Of a stretch of DNA of 64,000 nucleotides, positions 13,272 to 26,463 are shown piece after piece. Each line of letters opens with the position of its first letter. Within the stretch, counting starts at the first letter, position 1. The DNA is from Eledone cirrhosa (Eukaryota), in contig OZ024754.1 in NCBI GenBank assembly GCA_964016885.1, forward strand, positions 28,520,001-28,584,000, given 5' to 3'. A model generated the notes under the pieces. That model saw nothing but the letters and a program-made list of their open reading frames with translations, did not search any database and was not told the DNA's origin. The position numbers were made by a program, and so were the translations under genes.

Positions 13272-13923
13272 CTGTATATACTCATATATAAGCCAAAAGA
13301 TATGTGACAAAAGGAATCAACGATAAACATTTTTTGGAGTGGAGGGATATAAACTTATATTCAAGGTCAGTATTTTGCTGATTTTCACCAACTTCAAAAA
13401 TCTTATGTATAATGAGGAGCTAAAATATTTTCACTTTGGAGGTGAAATTCGTTTTTTATGTGTTTTGATTGAATATGGCCATCAAAACAGCTGGAAATTG
13501 GTAAAAGATATCATTATGTAATGGAGTTCTAAACACAAAAAAACAAACAAACTATTCTTTAAACAACACTTAACCCTATAGCATTTAAACCAGCCATAAC
13601 CAGCTTCTTATACTTATGTTAAGGTATTGTTCTCAAAATAAATATCAAAATCTCGTAGATTCTATATTATGTGAGATAATTATGTAAGATAAAGCCTTTA
13701 CCATAAAAATACAATAGTAAATATAATGTAAAGGGTTAAATCAGTTTAAATATCAAAATATTAAAACTCCATAAATATATTCTCCATTCACGAGAATTTT
13801 AAACCCACACCATCTAAACATAATCTGCTGATTAGCTGCCTTAGCCTATACATGGTGTTTAGATTTTTGCCCATTTCTCAGATATAAAATACTGGGGATG
13901 TCAACTTATATTTGAGTATATAC

Positions 13924-13925
<2 letters not shown>
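13272..13925. mobile_element. Tc1/mariner (pogo-like) MITE
   Basis: TA|CTGTATATACTCATATATAAG ... CTTATATTTGAGTATATACGG|TA terminal inverted repeats with TA flanks. Confidence 0.65.
13570..13739. mobile_element. piggyBac-type MITE nested in the mariner MITE
   Basis: TTAA|CCCT...AGGG|TTAA; homologous to 31560-31753 and 32111-32339. Confidence 0.7.
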
Positions 13926-13959
<34 letters not shown>

Positions 13960-14627
13960 ATTTATATATTTCAATAACTTTATTGAAAAATAATAGAATA
14001 TTTTATTGCATGTTCAGAATTCAGTATTATTTGAGAGAAATTTCGAAGCTAAATAATTTTTATATATTTTTATTGTCCCCAAAACTTTAAGCAAACCAAT
14101 GAAAGAGAAGTTTCTGTCTGTCATATTGTTTATATAACTTTCAGAAAGGTTTACAGCTTGAATTTGACATAAAAATATATTAAACTTTTATCATTCTTTT
14201 TCAAGAAGTATTAAAGCATGCACTATTACTCTGTGGGTGTAGCTTATTCCTGTGGGCGTGACAGTATTTAAACACATGGATGTGTTTAAATACTGTTAAA
14301 TTGATTTATTAACCAACATTTTTCAGAAGCAGTGTATGGAATTATACTATTTATTTCATTGGCAATTTTAACAAATAATATATATATATATTTCAAGGAA
14401 TCAACAGAGTTAAAAAATGTCTTGTTAGTTTCACGCTTTATATAGAAAAGGGGAATAAAAATTTGACATGTCAAGCTTTAGCCCTTCTTCAGGAGTACAA
14501 ATATAGAGACTGGATCACAAAGGAAAGATACAGAAAATAAAGGTAGTCCAAGTAAAGAAAAAAATCGAACCCATTAGTTAGTCTTGGTAACGATTATTAG
14601 GATGCAAAGTGATGTGTGGGGGTGTGT

Positions 14628-14800
14628 CATCATCGTCATCACCAATTTACGTTCATTCTTCCATGCTAGCATGGGTTAGATGGGTTGTCCTGTTGTGCGC
14701 AATGCCAGGTCAGGTGACCATGTCTTGCTCATACAGAACTGATTTTGGCTTGATTTCTACAGCTGGATACCCTTCCTAACACCAACCTCATTTACAGTGA
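14628..14800 (-). mobile_element. Non-autonomous RTE-tailed element (family C)
   Basis: Minus strand GGTTGGTGTTAGGAAGGGTATCCAGCTGTAGAAA plus CCCATGCTAGCATGGAAG..ACGTAAA..GATGAC tail; similar pieces at 7975-8022, 23905-23958, 42613-43155, 44004-44047. Confidence 0.7.
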
Positions 14801-14884
14801 GTAAATATATATATCCATATGTGGAGTAGAGTTTTAATCATTTTATTAAGGCTGAATAGTGAGTCTATTTAGCCTTAATAAAAA

Positions 14885-14963
<79 letters not shown>

Positions 14964-15179
14964 TAAGAAGGAGAGGTGGAAGTTTCAATCTAATATATTT
15001 TATTTGTAATCACATGTAATGTATTTTGCAAATGACTAGCTTGTAGCCTTAATTAATTAAAACCATCTTTGATTCTGGGAGCGATTTTCTCATCAAATGT
15101 AGTGAATAAAAAAAGCGTAGAGTGCTCAAACAGGTGCCACCAACAGTAATATTTTATTACTCACTGACTAGCTATTTTG

Positions 15180-15620
15180 GGACATGAGTAAGAAAAGCAC
15201 CACTCCACCCTGTAAGATGGTGTTGGTGATATGAGCAAAAAAAAAAGCACCCAGTTAACCCTGTAAAAAGTGCCTAGTCCACCTTGTAAAGAGGTCATGA
15301 TGGTGACATGACAAAAAGCACCCAGTCTACCCTGTAAGGTAGTCATGCTGGTGACATGAAAAAAAGCACCCAGTCTACCCTGTAAGGTATTCATGTTGGT
15401 GACATGACCAAAAGCACCCAGTCTACCCTGTAAGGTATTCATGTTGGTGACATGACCAAAAGCACCCAGTCCACCCTGTAAGGTGGTCATGCTGGTGATA
15501 TGTTGAAAAAGCACCCTACCCACCCTGTTAGATGGTCGTTTTGGTGTAACGATACAAAACATCTAGTCCACACTATAATATGGCTGGCATTAGCAAAGGC
15601 ATCCAGTCATAGAAACCAAG
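15180..15620 (+). repeat. About 48-bp minisatellite derived from the RTE 5'-domain
   Basis: About 8 units AAAAGCACCCAGTCTACCCTGTAAGGTATTCATGTTGGTGACATGACC, running into GGCATTAGCAAAGGCATCCAGTCATAGAAA. Confidence 0.85.
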
Positions 15621-16587
15621 CCAAAGTACAATGTTTTAATGACTGCCAATTTGTCGCCACTTTACAGTAGTATCCGTTAAAAAATGGTTTATGTCAACAA
15701 TAGAGAGAGTGCAAACAAGGCACCAGTACATTTCAGTTTTAACTCCCAGCAGCTGCTGCTGCTCATTTTTAGCTGAGTTGACTGGAACAATGTGAAATAA
15801 TGTTTTGCTCAAGAACTCTGCATGTTACCCAATCCAGGAACGAAACCTATGTTCACCTTCACTATGCAGGTTAGCTATGTTGAAATAATCATTACATAGC
15901 TCACAGAGTGTGTTCAATATGAAACATAATATAATAGCTGTTAGCTATTTTTATTATGTCATAAAATATTGCTTATGTTAAACCTTGATGTTTCAATGGA
16001 GCATTTGTGAAAGTAAAGAAAAAAAAACTCTAAAAATATTGCTGAAGTTATTGTATTAGATATGATATGGCAAAACTAATAACACAAACCCCAGTTATAT
16101 CTCAGAGAAGCTTCAGTTATATTGTCTCATATTAGGGCGATATATTTACATAGATTTTGGTTGATTTTGCAAGAAACATGCTAAATCATGGCAAAAAGAA
16201 ATGATGGACCAGGTGTGGCAAAGTGATAAGATCAATGATAAGATCACAGAAGGTCTTTGACAATTACATAATTAATCCTTTCATGACCATATTTCAATGA
16301 AATATTCTCTTCCGATTAATTAGTGAAGATTTTTGAGGGATTTGCTAAAATTATCAATTATTTTATTACTGACACCATCCACCACCATCACCACCACCAT
16401 TCACCACAAGCACCACCACCACCGTCACCATCACTGACACTATCCACCACCACCACCATGACCAGCGTAAAGCAAACAATTATTATTATTATATAAAAAC
16501 TGAACTGGACTGGAAAAGTCAACAGTTGACATGATTTTGATTTTGTATCAGTACTGACGGTAATATATATATATATTTTTTTTCTAG

Positions 16588-16803
16588 TCGATCGACTTTT
16601 TAGTCAAATCGGACCGAGGAAACTATATTTCCGTTGGTCTTTCCAATTGCTAATACTATCTATCGGTCGCAACTCCAGGTAGAAGGAGCAACGTGAAATA
16701 AAGTGTCTTGCTCAAGGACATAACGCATCGCCTGGTTCAGGAATCGAACTCACAACCTCACGATTGTGAATCCAATACTCTAACCACTCAGCCACACGCC
16801 TTC
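16588..16803 (-). mobile_element. tRNA-derived SINE, family A
   Basis: Minus strand GAAGGCGTGTGGCTGAGTGGTTAGAG...GTTCGATTCC; highly similar to 5332-5544. Confidence 0.87.
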
Positions 16804-17029
16804 ACATATATATATATATATATATATGTGTATGTATGTGTGTGTGAGTGGTGTGTATGTTTGTATGCATGAGTGTTGGTGTGAGAGTGGCGTGTGTGTT
16901 TGTAGTTTGTATGCATGAGTGTTGGTGTGTGTGCGCGTGTCGTGTCAATAAGTGGGGTTATTTTTTTTTTTTATGACCATGTTGTAAAATGGAGGGGTAG
17001 AGAGGGCCCTTGAGTCTAGTAAGACATCC

Positions 17030-20000
17030 TCTCTAGTGCTGGTGGCACAAATAAAAGCACCCAGTCCATGCTGTAAAGTGGCGCTGCTGTTAGGAAGGGC
17101 ATCCAACCGGTGTATCAATGCCAAAACGCTTTTCAGCACAGCAACAAATAGATAGGAACAACAAAATATGAAGACGTCGCATCTCAGAGTTGCAATACTT
17201 AATGTTGGTACTCTCAGAGGTAGATCTGCTGAAATAGCAGAGATGCTGGAGAGAAGGGATGTGTGCTGTGTGCAAGAGGTGAGATGGAGAGGTGCCTCTG
17301 GGTAGATAAGGATGGTGGGTTAGGGGGAGTAGGCATTTTCCTGGCTGAGAGATGGATCAATAAGACAATAGAGGTAGTTTGAGTTAATAATCGAATAATT
17401 AAGCTTAGATTAGTTGTAGGCAGGAGACTACTGACAATCATCTCTGCCCATGCTCCCCAAGCAGGCCTAGGCAAAGAAGAGAAAGACTGCTTTTACGAGC
17501 AACTTTTACAAACAACCACAATGACAGAGGATGGAGACATCGTTTTGCTAGCAGAGGACTTCAATGGTCATGTTGGACAGCTCCAGGATGGTTACACTGG
17601 GGTACATGGTGGGCACGGTTATGGCTCAAGAAATGAAGGAGGAGTGAGACTTCTTGAATTTTGTGATGCAGGTACACTGACTATTTGCAACACTAACTTT
17701 CAGAAACCTGCCAACCACCTAATAACCTACAAATCTGGCGAGCACATAAGCCAGATTGACTTCTTACCAGATAGGCAGCGGGACAGGCAGATAGTGTCTA
17801 ATACCAAGGCATACCCTGGGGAAGAATGTACCCCACAGCATAGGTTAGTCGTTAGTGATATCTCAGTAAGCAAGAGATGGAATGAGACACACAGGAAGGT
17901 GTGGAGAAGAAAGGTCTGGAAGCTAAAATACCTTTCACTAAAATACAAATTTAGGAAAGCCCTTCAAGGTAAATATGACGAAAAAGAAGACGATTTAGAG
18001 ACGTATGACATAGACAATAACTGGAATTTCTTACGTGACAACTTACTGCAGGCTACTGATGAAACTTGTGGTTAGAGCAGAGCTCGAACCAGACAGAGAG
18101 TGACCTGGTAGTGGAACAGCACAGTAGATAAGGCCATTAGAGACAAAAGACTAGCATGGAAGGCTTGGAAAAATGGTGGGGGTAGGGAAGGATATACAGC
18201 CGCTAAGAGAGAAGCTAGACGTCAGGTGTACTTAGCGCGCAGGGAGGCTGAGAGTAGGAGGTTTGCCAATGTTCTGCGACGGGAAGATCAGAGGCGTGCG
18301 GTGTTCCACATTGCAAGGCAGTGTGTCAATGTAAATCAGGATGTTGTTGGAGATAAATGTGTCCGGAATGATGCCTGTGTACTTAGTGTCACGAATGATC
18401 AGAAAAAGGAGGCCTGGAAATGTCATTATGAGAGACTGATGAATGTGGAGAATGAATGGAAGAGAGAGAAATTACCCTCAGTAGATCCGACAGAGGGACC
18501 AGCTATTGCAATTGACGAATATAGGGTCCAAGAGGCGATTAAGGAAATGAAAAATGGTAATGCTGCTGGACCATCAGGGATAGATGCTGAAGGCATCACG
18601 GGATGTAGGCACTAAACTGGTTGCACGCATCATCAATCAGGCTATATATGGTGGTGTCATACCCAAAGACTGGTGCAGCAGTATTGTCATAAATTGCTAC
18701 AAAGATAAAGGGGATGCTCTGAAGAGGAGAAATTATAGGGGTATAAAACTGATGGCTCAAGTTATGAAAGTGGCAGAAAGGATATTAGCACAATTGATTA
18801 GAGAAAGGGTCAAATTAGATGAGATGCAGTTTGGTTTTCTGCCTGGGAAGACAATTTCAAGAGAGGTTCTTAGAGAAAAATAAGCCACTATACTTAGCCT
18901 TTGTTGATCTAGAGAAGGCCTTTGCTAAGGAAACTAGGTGTTGAGGAATGGCTTGTGAGGACAGTGCAAACTTTGTACAGAGGTACTGTCAGTAAAGTCA
19001 GGGTAGGAATGGAGTTTAGTGAGGAATGGAGTTTAGTTCAGTAAAGTCAGGGTAGGAATGGAGTTTAGCCATAACAGAGAAGTTTAAGACTGGCTGTCCA
19101 TGGGATCTTCTCTGTTGACGATCTGGTTCTTATAGCAGAATCAGTAGAGGAGCTAGAGAATAAATTCTGGCTATGGAAACAGCAGTTGGCAGCAAGAGGA
19201 CTGAGAGTGAACCTAGCTAAGACAAAGGTGTTTATGAGTAGAAAAGAGGTCAAAACTCTGATTCCGTCAGGGAAATGGCCATGTTCGATATGCAGAAAAG
19301 GAACTGGCATAAACTCTATAAAATGCACACAATGCAGATCCTGGGTACACAAGAGATGTAGCGGGATAGCAGGCAAACTAACAGGTAGGGAGAAATACGT
19401 ATGCAGTAGATGTACAGGGAAATTAGACAGTAGAAGTCGCAGCGATAGACACATTTTTCACATGCAGGCGGGTGCTATAGAAATGGTGGATAGCTTCCGG
19501 TACCTAGGAGATCAGATTAGCATGGGGGGTGGGTGTTCTAAGGCCATAGTATCTAGAATAAGGAGGGATTGGAAGAAGTTTAGGGAGCTGCTTCCTCTGC
19601 TGATGAAGAAGGGTTTCTCCCTGCGTACGAAAGGGCGGTTATATGATGCCTGTGTGAGGAGCGCGATGCTGCATGGTAGTGAGACATGGGCAGCAACTGC
19701 AGAGGATATGCGATGGCTGGAGAGAAATAAGGCAAGCATGCTCCGTTGATGTGCAGTGTCAATGTGCGTGAACGACCCAGCATGAATGTGTTGAGAGAGA
19801 AACTGTGTCTGAGAGGGATAGAATGTAGTGTGCGAGAGAGGTGACTGAGGTGGTATGGACATGTGTTGCGCATGGAGGATGACCGATGGTGAAGAAGTGC
19901 CAGGAAATGTCAGTTGAAGGAAGACGTGGTAGAGGTAGACCACGAAAAACATGGGCTGAGGTGGTGAGAACAGACCTTAGATCGCTGAAGCTCACGGTGG

Positions 20001-20110
20001 AGATGACGAAGGAGCGTGACAAGTGGAAAGATGCTGTGCTGAATAAGACCTGTCCAACCCTTGCAAGCAGGGAAGAGCGGACATAAAATGCTGATGATTA
20101 TGATGATGAT
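17030..20110 (+). mobile_element. RTE-clade LINE family 1, near full length, decayed
   Basis: 5' UTR with GTTAGGAAGGGCATCC; start MKTSHLRVAILNVGTLRGRS; APE, RT and Cys-finger pieces broken by stops and deletions; (GAT)n tail. Confidence 0.95.
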
Positions 20111-20956
20111 TGTAACTCAACATATGGTTATCAAATAAAATTATGTTGGAAGCCTTTAATTTAAATATTTAACTCTTTAAAATGGGTGGTTTTCTTTCAT
20201 AGTACCAGAGGTGTGGCTGGGTTGGTATGAAATGTTTTTGCTTGATGTCTTAATTAGCTGATTATTAAAATTCAAGTGAGACTGAGCAGGTGCATGTGTT
20301 TTGATGGGCATCATGACTCTCCAAAAATTCTCACAATATGCTATATGACATATTTAGAAACAAATTCAACGATGTTGTGTCATACTGAAATGTTTTTACC
20401 AGGTGGCGCTAAGTTCCATCTCATTGTGCAGAGAAACTGAAGCACGTGTTTTGTTCCATAACCTTGGGTTCAATGAAGCCTTGTGAGTAAAATATGGTGA
20501 ACAAAATGTGGGTAGAAATCTTAAGGAGATGTATATATCATCATCATGAGTTTTACGTGTTGGTTTGAGTGGTAGCATTCAAGGCAGTCCCCTTTCTGAT
20601 GACAACCCTTTTAGTTGCCCCCTTACTACACACACGTACATGTTGCACCAATTCTCACATATGTACAGACAAAACATCCTCCCCAGCCCGACCTGTAATG
20701 TTAAGAAAACTCTTCGGTTGTGTCAAGGACATGGCAACCTCCCTAGTGCTAGTGCTATGATAAAATACACCCAGTACATTCTGTAAAGTGATGGAATGTA
20801 GGTGAGATACAGGCTCTCAGCCTGCTTGAGAGGTCAGTAACTCTAAATAAGTTCTGGCTTACTCTGCGACAACCATTCTAACACAGGCTAACATGTAAAA
20901 GTGGAGATTAAATGATGATAATGAGGAGGAAGAGAATGATATATATATATATATAT

Positions 20957-22007
20957 GCTGGCCACTGCTCTAAAATGTGCTCCACAACTTGCTTGAGAGA
21001 CAGCCTCCTCATGCAGCTTGCATACAGGATTTTGTGAGGATCAATTGAAGCTATTTTCTGCAGACTTTTGTATTCATTGATCCGCTTAGGACTGTGACTA
21101 AAGTATGCATAAATACTTCTTGTCAATTCTTCCATGGAATTTGGTAATTCATTGCACGCTTTTGATGAACATAAGTGTAATGAATAACAAACACAGGCTT
21201 GCACAAGTAGATCTGGTCTCGTCTGCTTCAACAAATGCTGGACGCCTTCTTTGCTGCCCATCATAACACTTGCATTATCACAGGCGAAACCTATCAAATT
21301 TTCCAAAGGAATAGCGTGTTCATTGAAAAACGATAGAAGACAGTTGTAAATACCCACAGCACTGAAATCATTTATTTCTATAAGCGTTAGGAAATCGTCG
21401 ACAGTCTTTTGAATTTCAACATCGTAATATCTGGATACAAGGACGAGTTGTTTAAGTGTTGAAACATCAGTTGTTTCATCAATGATGAGGGAGAATTTTA
21501 TCAAATGAAGCCGATGACGTTTGAAAAGATGGATGTGTCTTTTGTTCTGGCACACTTCACATCCTGGGCGATTTTAGAATCAGGACAGGCGTTTACAACA
21601 AGGCCAGGCAAGTGGTCCAAAATAGAGATGGGTAGATTATGCTTTGCAACAAATGCACAGTACTTTAATTCAGCAGATACTACTTTCCTGGAGTGTGAAG
21701 AAAACGAAGAGGCTTGGATAAAATTTGGCAATTTCGTTGCTTTGTTCGCTTCTTTTGCATTCTTGCGGTGCTTTTCTGTCTGCTCGTGTCGTAAAATTTG
21801 ACTGCCGGCAATTTCACATTTGCAAAATATGCATTTGCCTTTAGTTGTATCGTTCTTGCCCACTTCCAACCAAGAAGAAAATTTTTCATCATACGACAAT
21901 TTGGACGGAGGCTTCCTTTCATATGATGCCCATCTAGCCTTCTTCTTATCTGCTGCTTTACGTTCGTTATCTGAAGAATGTTCTCGTTTCACAGTTCTAT
22001 CACTCAT
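20957..22007 (-). pseudogene. hAT transposase pseudogene (ZNF862/DUF4371-like)
   Basis: CIFC...RHEQTEKH zinc finger; FSLIIDETTDVS, FACDNASVM, CVCYSLHL; frameshift near 21500; C-terminal half absent. Confidence 0.85.
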
Positions 22008-22517
22008 ATCTGGTTCAAGTTAGTTCTATAAGATTTATTTGAATTAATTAAACTATTATAAACATCACATACCACATTTACACTGTAGGTTATAAGAATT
22101 CTGCTTTTGTGTTCAGACTGATACGGTGTGGTTGTATAAATTAGCTCTGTAAAATTAAATCTAATTTATCAAACTTTTGAAAAAAGATTCACGCACCTTT
22201 TCCACCAGTTTGTGAGAAAAATTCCTGCGTTATGACAGATATGGCGTAGTAAACTGGACATATACTTCCCCCAAATTTACAGATGCCCTTGACCTCATAA
22301 GTCAACGCGCGCTTGCATGCACAAGTTTCGTCTGCATTCTCATGTGCTTTTATTTTTGTGAAGCTCCGAAATGCGCGTATGTGAAAATGCACTCAATCAA
22401 TGCATCAAAACATGAATTTTATAAACCGATGGCAAGATCACTAAAACGTACAGCAAATTCGTCCGAACGTACAGCACATCAAAATTTTGAGCAAAATGTA
22501 CAGTCATCGGCAGCGCT

Positions 22518-22518
<1 letters not shown>
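20957..22518 (-). mobile_element. hAT-superfamily DNA transposon, 3'-truncated
   Basis: Terminal CAGCGCTGCCGA at 22518; subterminal AACGTACAGCA repeats; transposase pieces; cut by (TA)n at about 20957. Confidence 0.85.
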
Positions 22519-22551
<33 letters not shown>

Positions 22552-24358
22552 TATACCATAGGAGAGGTGTAAAGTCTGAGAGATAATTTTAATAATCAAT
22601 TCATGATATTATTGATTTTATAATCAGAAACAGATTAACTATAAACATTGTATTGGAATTCTTTGATAACTTCAAAGACAGGCTTTAAGAAGAATTTTGT
22701 TTTGATCATCATGCAACACCACAGATCAAACATTTGTCATTACATCTCCTGCTAATCCTCACCTTAGATTTAACTTTCACTTCATGGAATATGACCTGCT
22801 TGTATCTTTCTGAATTCTGTCTTAAATATACGATATAAGCCAGCTCCGGGGATTTTGTAGATTAGCAAATAATTGAACAAATTTTTAGATCTAAACTGTT
22901 TCTTCTGCATGGCTTAGTGGTTAGAGTGTTGGACTGACAATCATGAGGTCATGCATTCAATCTCTGGACCATTGTCTATTTCATATTTGAGTAGAGTGCT
23001 TAAGGATATTAACCCTTTCATTTCCATATTTCTAATGTAAGACATCGTCTAGGAGTTTCAAATAATTTTGAAAATAATCAAGAATTTGGAACGATAAAGT
23101 GAAATAAATTTTTCATTTTTAAGCTGGTATTTAATATAAAGTTTTCTTGCATAAAGGAACATTTTTAGATAAATATATGCACTTTGATAATAAAAATAAA
23201 GCAACAACTTTGTATCAAACACCCTCTTCACCCTTTATATTTATTAATGAATCCATGAAATCATAATGCCATGATATTGTTCGTGGTTTTACATCTATTT
23301 TCTTCTGTTAGATGATTTGTCACATTCTGAGGCATTTGATTCTGGCATTGTTTCTAGGGTGTGAGGCTCTTCCTAACATCAACCACTTCACAACATCTAT
23401 TGGGTTCATTTTCTCATGGCAATACCACCAGCACCCTTTGACATGGAGACAGACGATTGGTCCTGGCTACAGAGCCAACGAAGACTGAAGAATTAGGTGT
23501 AGGGTATGGAGTAGTCGAGGTAAGAGTGGGAGTTAGTAGGTTTATAGAAGATGGAAGTAGAGTAGGTGTGGTGAGTGTGATCGATAGAGAGAGAGATATC
23601 AAGAAAAGGGATAGAAGAATCGGAGGTGGTGAAGGTGAGAGTGGGATGAAAAGATTGAACAAAAGATAGAAAGCAGTTGAGCTGTTCACGTGATGGAGAT
23701 GTGGCACCAATACAGTCATTAATATAACAACCGTATACCTAAGGAGTAGGTGCAGTGTACTGGGAGAAGATCTGGGCTTTGACATAGCCAACAAACAAGT
23801 TGGCATAGTTCGACCTTTTACAAACATATATATATATGTCCTTTAATATTATGTGTGTGTATAAATGTGTATATACATATATGTGTGTGTGTATATATAT
23901 AACCATCTAACCCATGCTAGCGTGGAAGATGGACGTTAAACGAAGCTGGTGATGATGATATATATATAAAACAAATTTTAAGCAGGGCAGTGGAGTGATA
24001 CCCTAGTCTTCATTAAGACATATCTTTAGGAGAAGGTCACTCTTGCATTCAATGTTTAGAGAGTGGGATTGGCTACGTGCAAAGCCTTTCCTCATTCAAA
24101 AAATATGTATATGTATATATAAAAATACAAATAAATAATCGAGAATCGGAATCTCGGCTCACGAAATTACGAAACACAATCTTCGAAATGTGTGGCAGAG
24201 GGCTCAATAGTTTGGGTAAACCAGAGCTATCACTATCGTTAAAATACCAACACATAGAGACAATGCTTAAAATCATTCGCACAGCCGAAAAAAACGACCA
24301 GGAAAATTCGGGTCACACAAATAATAAATTAATAAATTAAATGAATGTAAAATCTTAC

Positions 24359-24478
24359 CCGGACCCGCTAGAAAGATGTTAAAATCTAGCTTTATGGGTT
24401 TCTGCAGTTCCTTAATCAATTACTGTCGGCCCACATAAAAATTATATCTGACTTCTGGTAAAGAGATGAAAGAGGAAG
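24359..24478 (-). promoter_or_regulatory. Candidate TCT/TOP-type start and non-coding first exon
   Basis: Minus strand CTTCCTCTTTC pyrimidine initiator, GG|GTAAGA donor at 24358, local CpG enrichment at 24140-24430. Confidence 0.3.
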
Positions 24479-24649
24479 CTGCTTTCTCAACAGGCATTTC
24501 GTTCAGAAATGTATATATATATATAGAGAGAGAGAGAAAAAAAACGATTCTTAGGAATAAAAATATTTTTTTTTTCCGTTATTTTTTTCCCGGGGTTAGA
24601 AAATGTTTAAAAACAAATTATTTTACTTTCTGTGAAGTGTCAAAACATT

Positions 24650-25340
24650 AATTTATTTATTTATTAATTAACAATAACATTTATTTATTTATTTATTTAT
24701 TTATTAATTAACAATTACCGGTTTCAACATTTTATGCATTTTCAAATTGTGTGAATGGGAGAGAAAAAAAAAGGAATTTGTGTTTGCACAAAATGTAGAA
24801 CAGAAATTAAGGTGATGTTAAACCTGTTAGAGGAAGTAATGGAGATAATGGGGAAGAGGATATAATATTATTTACAAACATAGTTTTTGAAGAGAAGCAG
24901 TGCAAGCATTGTTTTTTAGTCGAGATTGCTGGGAACCGTTCCTTCTTTGAGGAGGCAAATGGCCGTCTGGGACTGGATGTGTTTTCCCTTTTTAGAGAAT
25001 TAATATGTAGGGGGAGGTAATTCAGGGTGGGAAGGTAGGGTTGGAGAAAAAGAGGAGAATGGGTAATTCATTTATTTAAGAAAAAAGAATAGACAGGTTC
25101 TAAGGGAGGTAATTCCTTAGAGAACACAGAAATTTGAGGTATGGGTAGCGTACAACTAGAAGTAAAATAGTCTCTTATTGGTGACTCTAGGGTTCACTGT
25201 TCATTCTAGTTTTAGTTTAGTCTGAAGTTTAGTCCATTTAGTCCTTATTAGTGCGCTGGATGAAAGAAGCGTTGTCTATGAATTTGTAGATGGGGAAAAA
25301 TTCTAAAGTTTTATATTTGGCCAGGTGCACAGTTGGCGAT
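24650..25340 (-). mobile_element. Penelope-like element 3' fragment (GIY-YIG C-terminus plus pLTR)
   Basis: Minus strand LSEHIANC...FPIYKFIDNASFIQRTNK; hammerhead and AATAAA-rich end. Confidence 0.7.
24711..24750 (-). ncRNA. Minimal hammerhead ribozyme, U3-A8 core variant
   Basis: ACAAT-TTGAAAA-TGCAT(AAA)ATGTT-GAAA-CCGG-TA-ATTGT; palindromic stem III ACCGGT. Confidence 0.65.
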
Positions 25341-25358
25341 ATGTTCACTAAGAGCAAT

Positions 25359-25419
<61 letters not shown>

Positions 25420-26000
25420 TGCGGCAGGTAGACCTAGCCACACAATACCACAAACAACAAAAAAAAACTAATCAGGTTAGACAACTGACCTGGGCATATC
25501 GAACGATATTTTGCAATATGTCTGATAGGTTTCTATGAATCCCAAATCATCCATCCAGCTTACGTAATATGTAAGCCTGTGGTATTCCATGATCGAACAT
25601 TGGATTCACGTTATCAACAGGAAATTTTGTTCTATGCCTCAAGCCGGTGTGGAATGTAATGCTGAACTGCTACCGTTGGCAGCCCTCAGTATTTCACTGT
25701 CACGTGTCATTTCCAACAAGGGAAGTAACCCCCGGTTTTTGGCGGGTAAATTCAAAGTGTGAACAAAGGAAATCAATTCCATTCCACATTCCGAATGAAA
25801 AGCTCTCGACTAGACATTATTAAACAAACATAAATAATTAACCAATCAATGGAATTGTCTAATTAAATTAATTAGTTAATCATTAAGTCTAGGAGATAAT
25901 AATACAAGTGGAAGCTTAGTAAAATCGAAGCTTCAGCTGTGGCCAAGCTAACGACCTACAATTAAGAATGAGCAGCAAAGCACTCAATAAGGTAGGCCTT

Positions 26001-26230
26001 AATATATATATATATGTGTATATGTATATATATATATATGTGTAGATATATATATATGTGTATATATATATATGTATGAATATATATAAATGTATATATA
26101 TATATATATATATGTATGTATATATGTATGTATATATATATATATGTATGTATATATATATATATGTATGTATATATATATATATGTATGTATATATATA
26201 TATATGTATGTATATATATATATATGTATG

Positions 26231-26287
<57 letters not shown>

Positions 26288-26463
26288 GTATATATATTTG
26301 TAAATATATGTATATATATATATGTATATATATTTGTAAATATATGTATATATATATATGTATATATATTTGTATGTATATATATGTATGTATATATATT
26401 TGTATGTATATATATGTATGTATATATGTATATATGTATGTATATGTATATATGTATATATAT
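26001..26463. repeat. (TA)n/TATG microsatellite
   Basis: Dinucleotide/tetranucleotide run. Confidence 0.95.

Noticed and set aside
15180-15620. CRISPR-like regular repeats (also 58891-59017)
   Set aside because: Head-to-tail units without unique spacers; eukaryotic context; no cas genes
16730-16803. tRNA gene
   Set aside because: tRNA-like head continues into a SINE body shared by several copies
20908-22007. Domesticated ZNF862/ZBED-type host gene
   Set aside because: Frameshifted, truncated and retains a transposon terminus
22624-22712. Possible C/D snoRNA on the minus strand (ATGATGA...CTGA)
   Set aside because: No terminal stem and no recognisable rRNA-complementary guide
26116-26463. 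N-terminal part of the 530-aa ORF
   Set aside because: Microsatellite that happens to be in frame with a truncated PLE ORF
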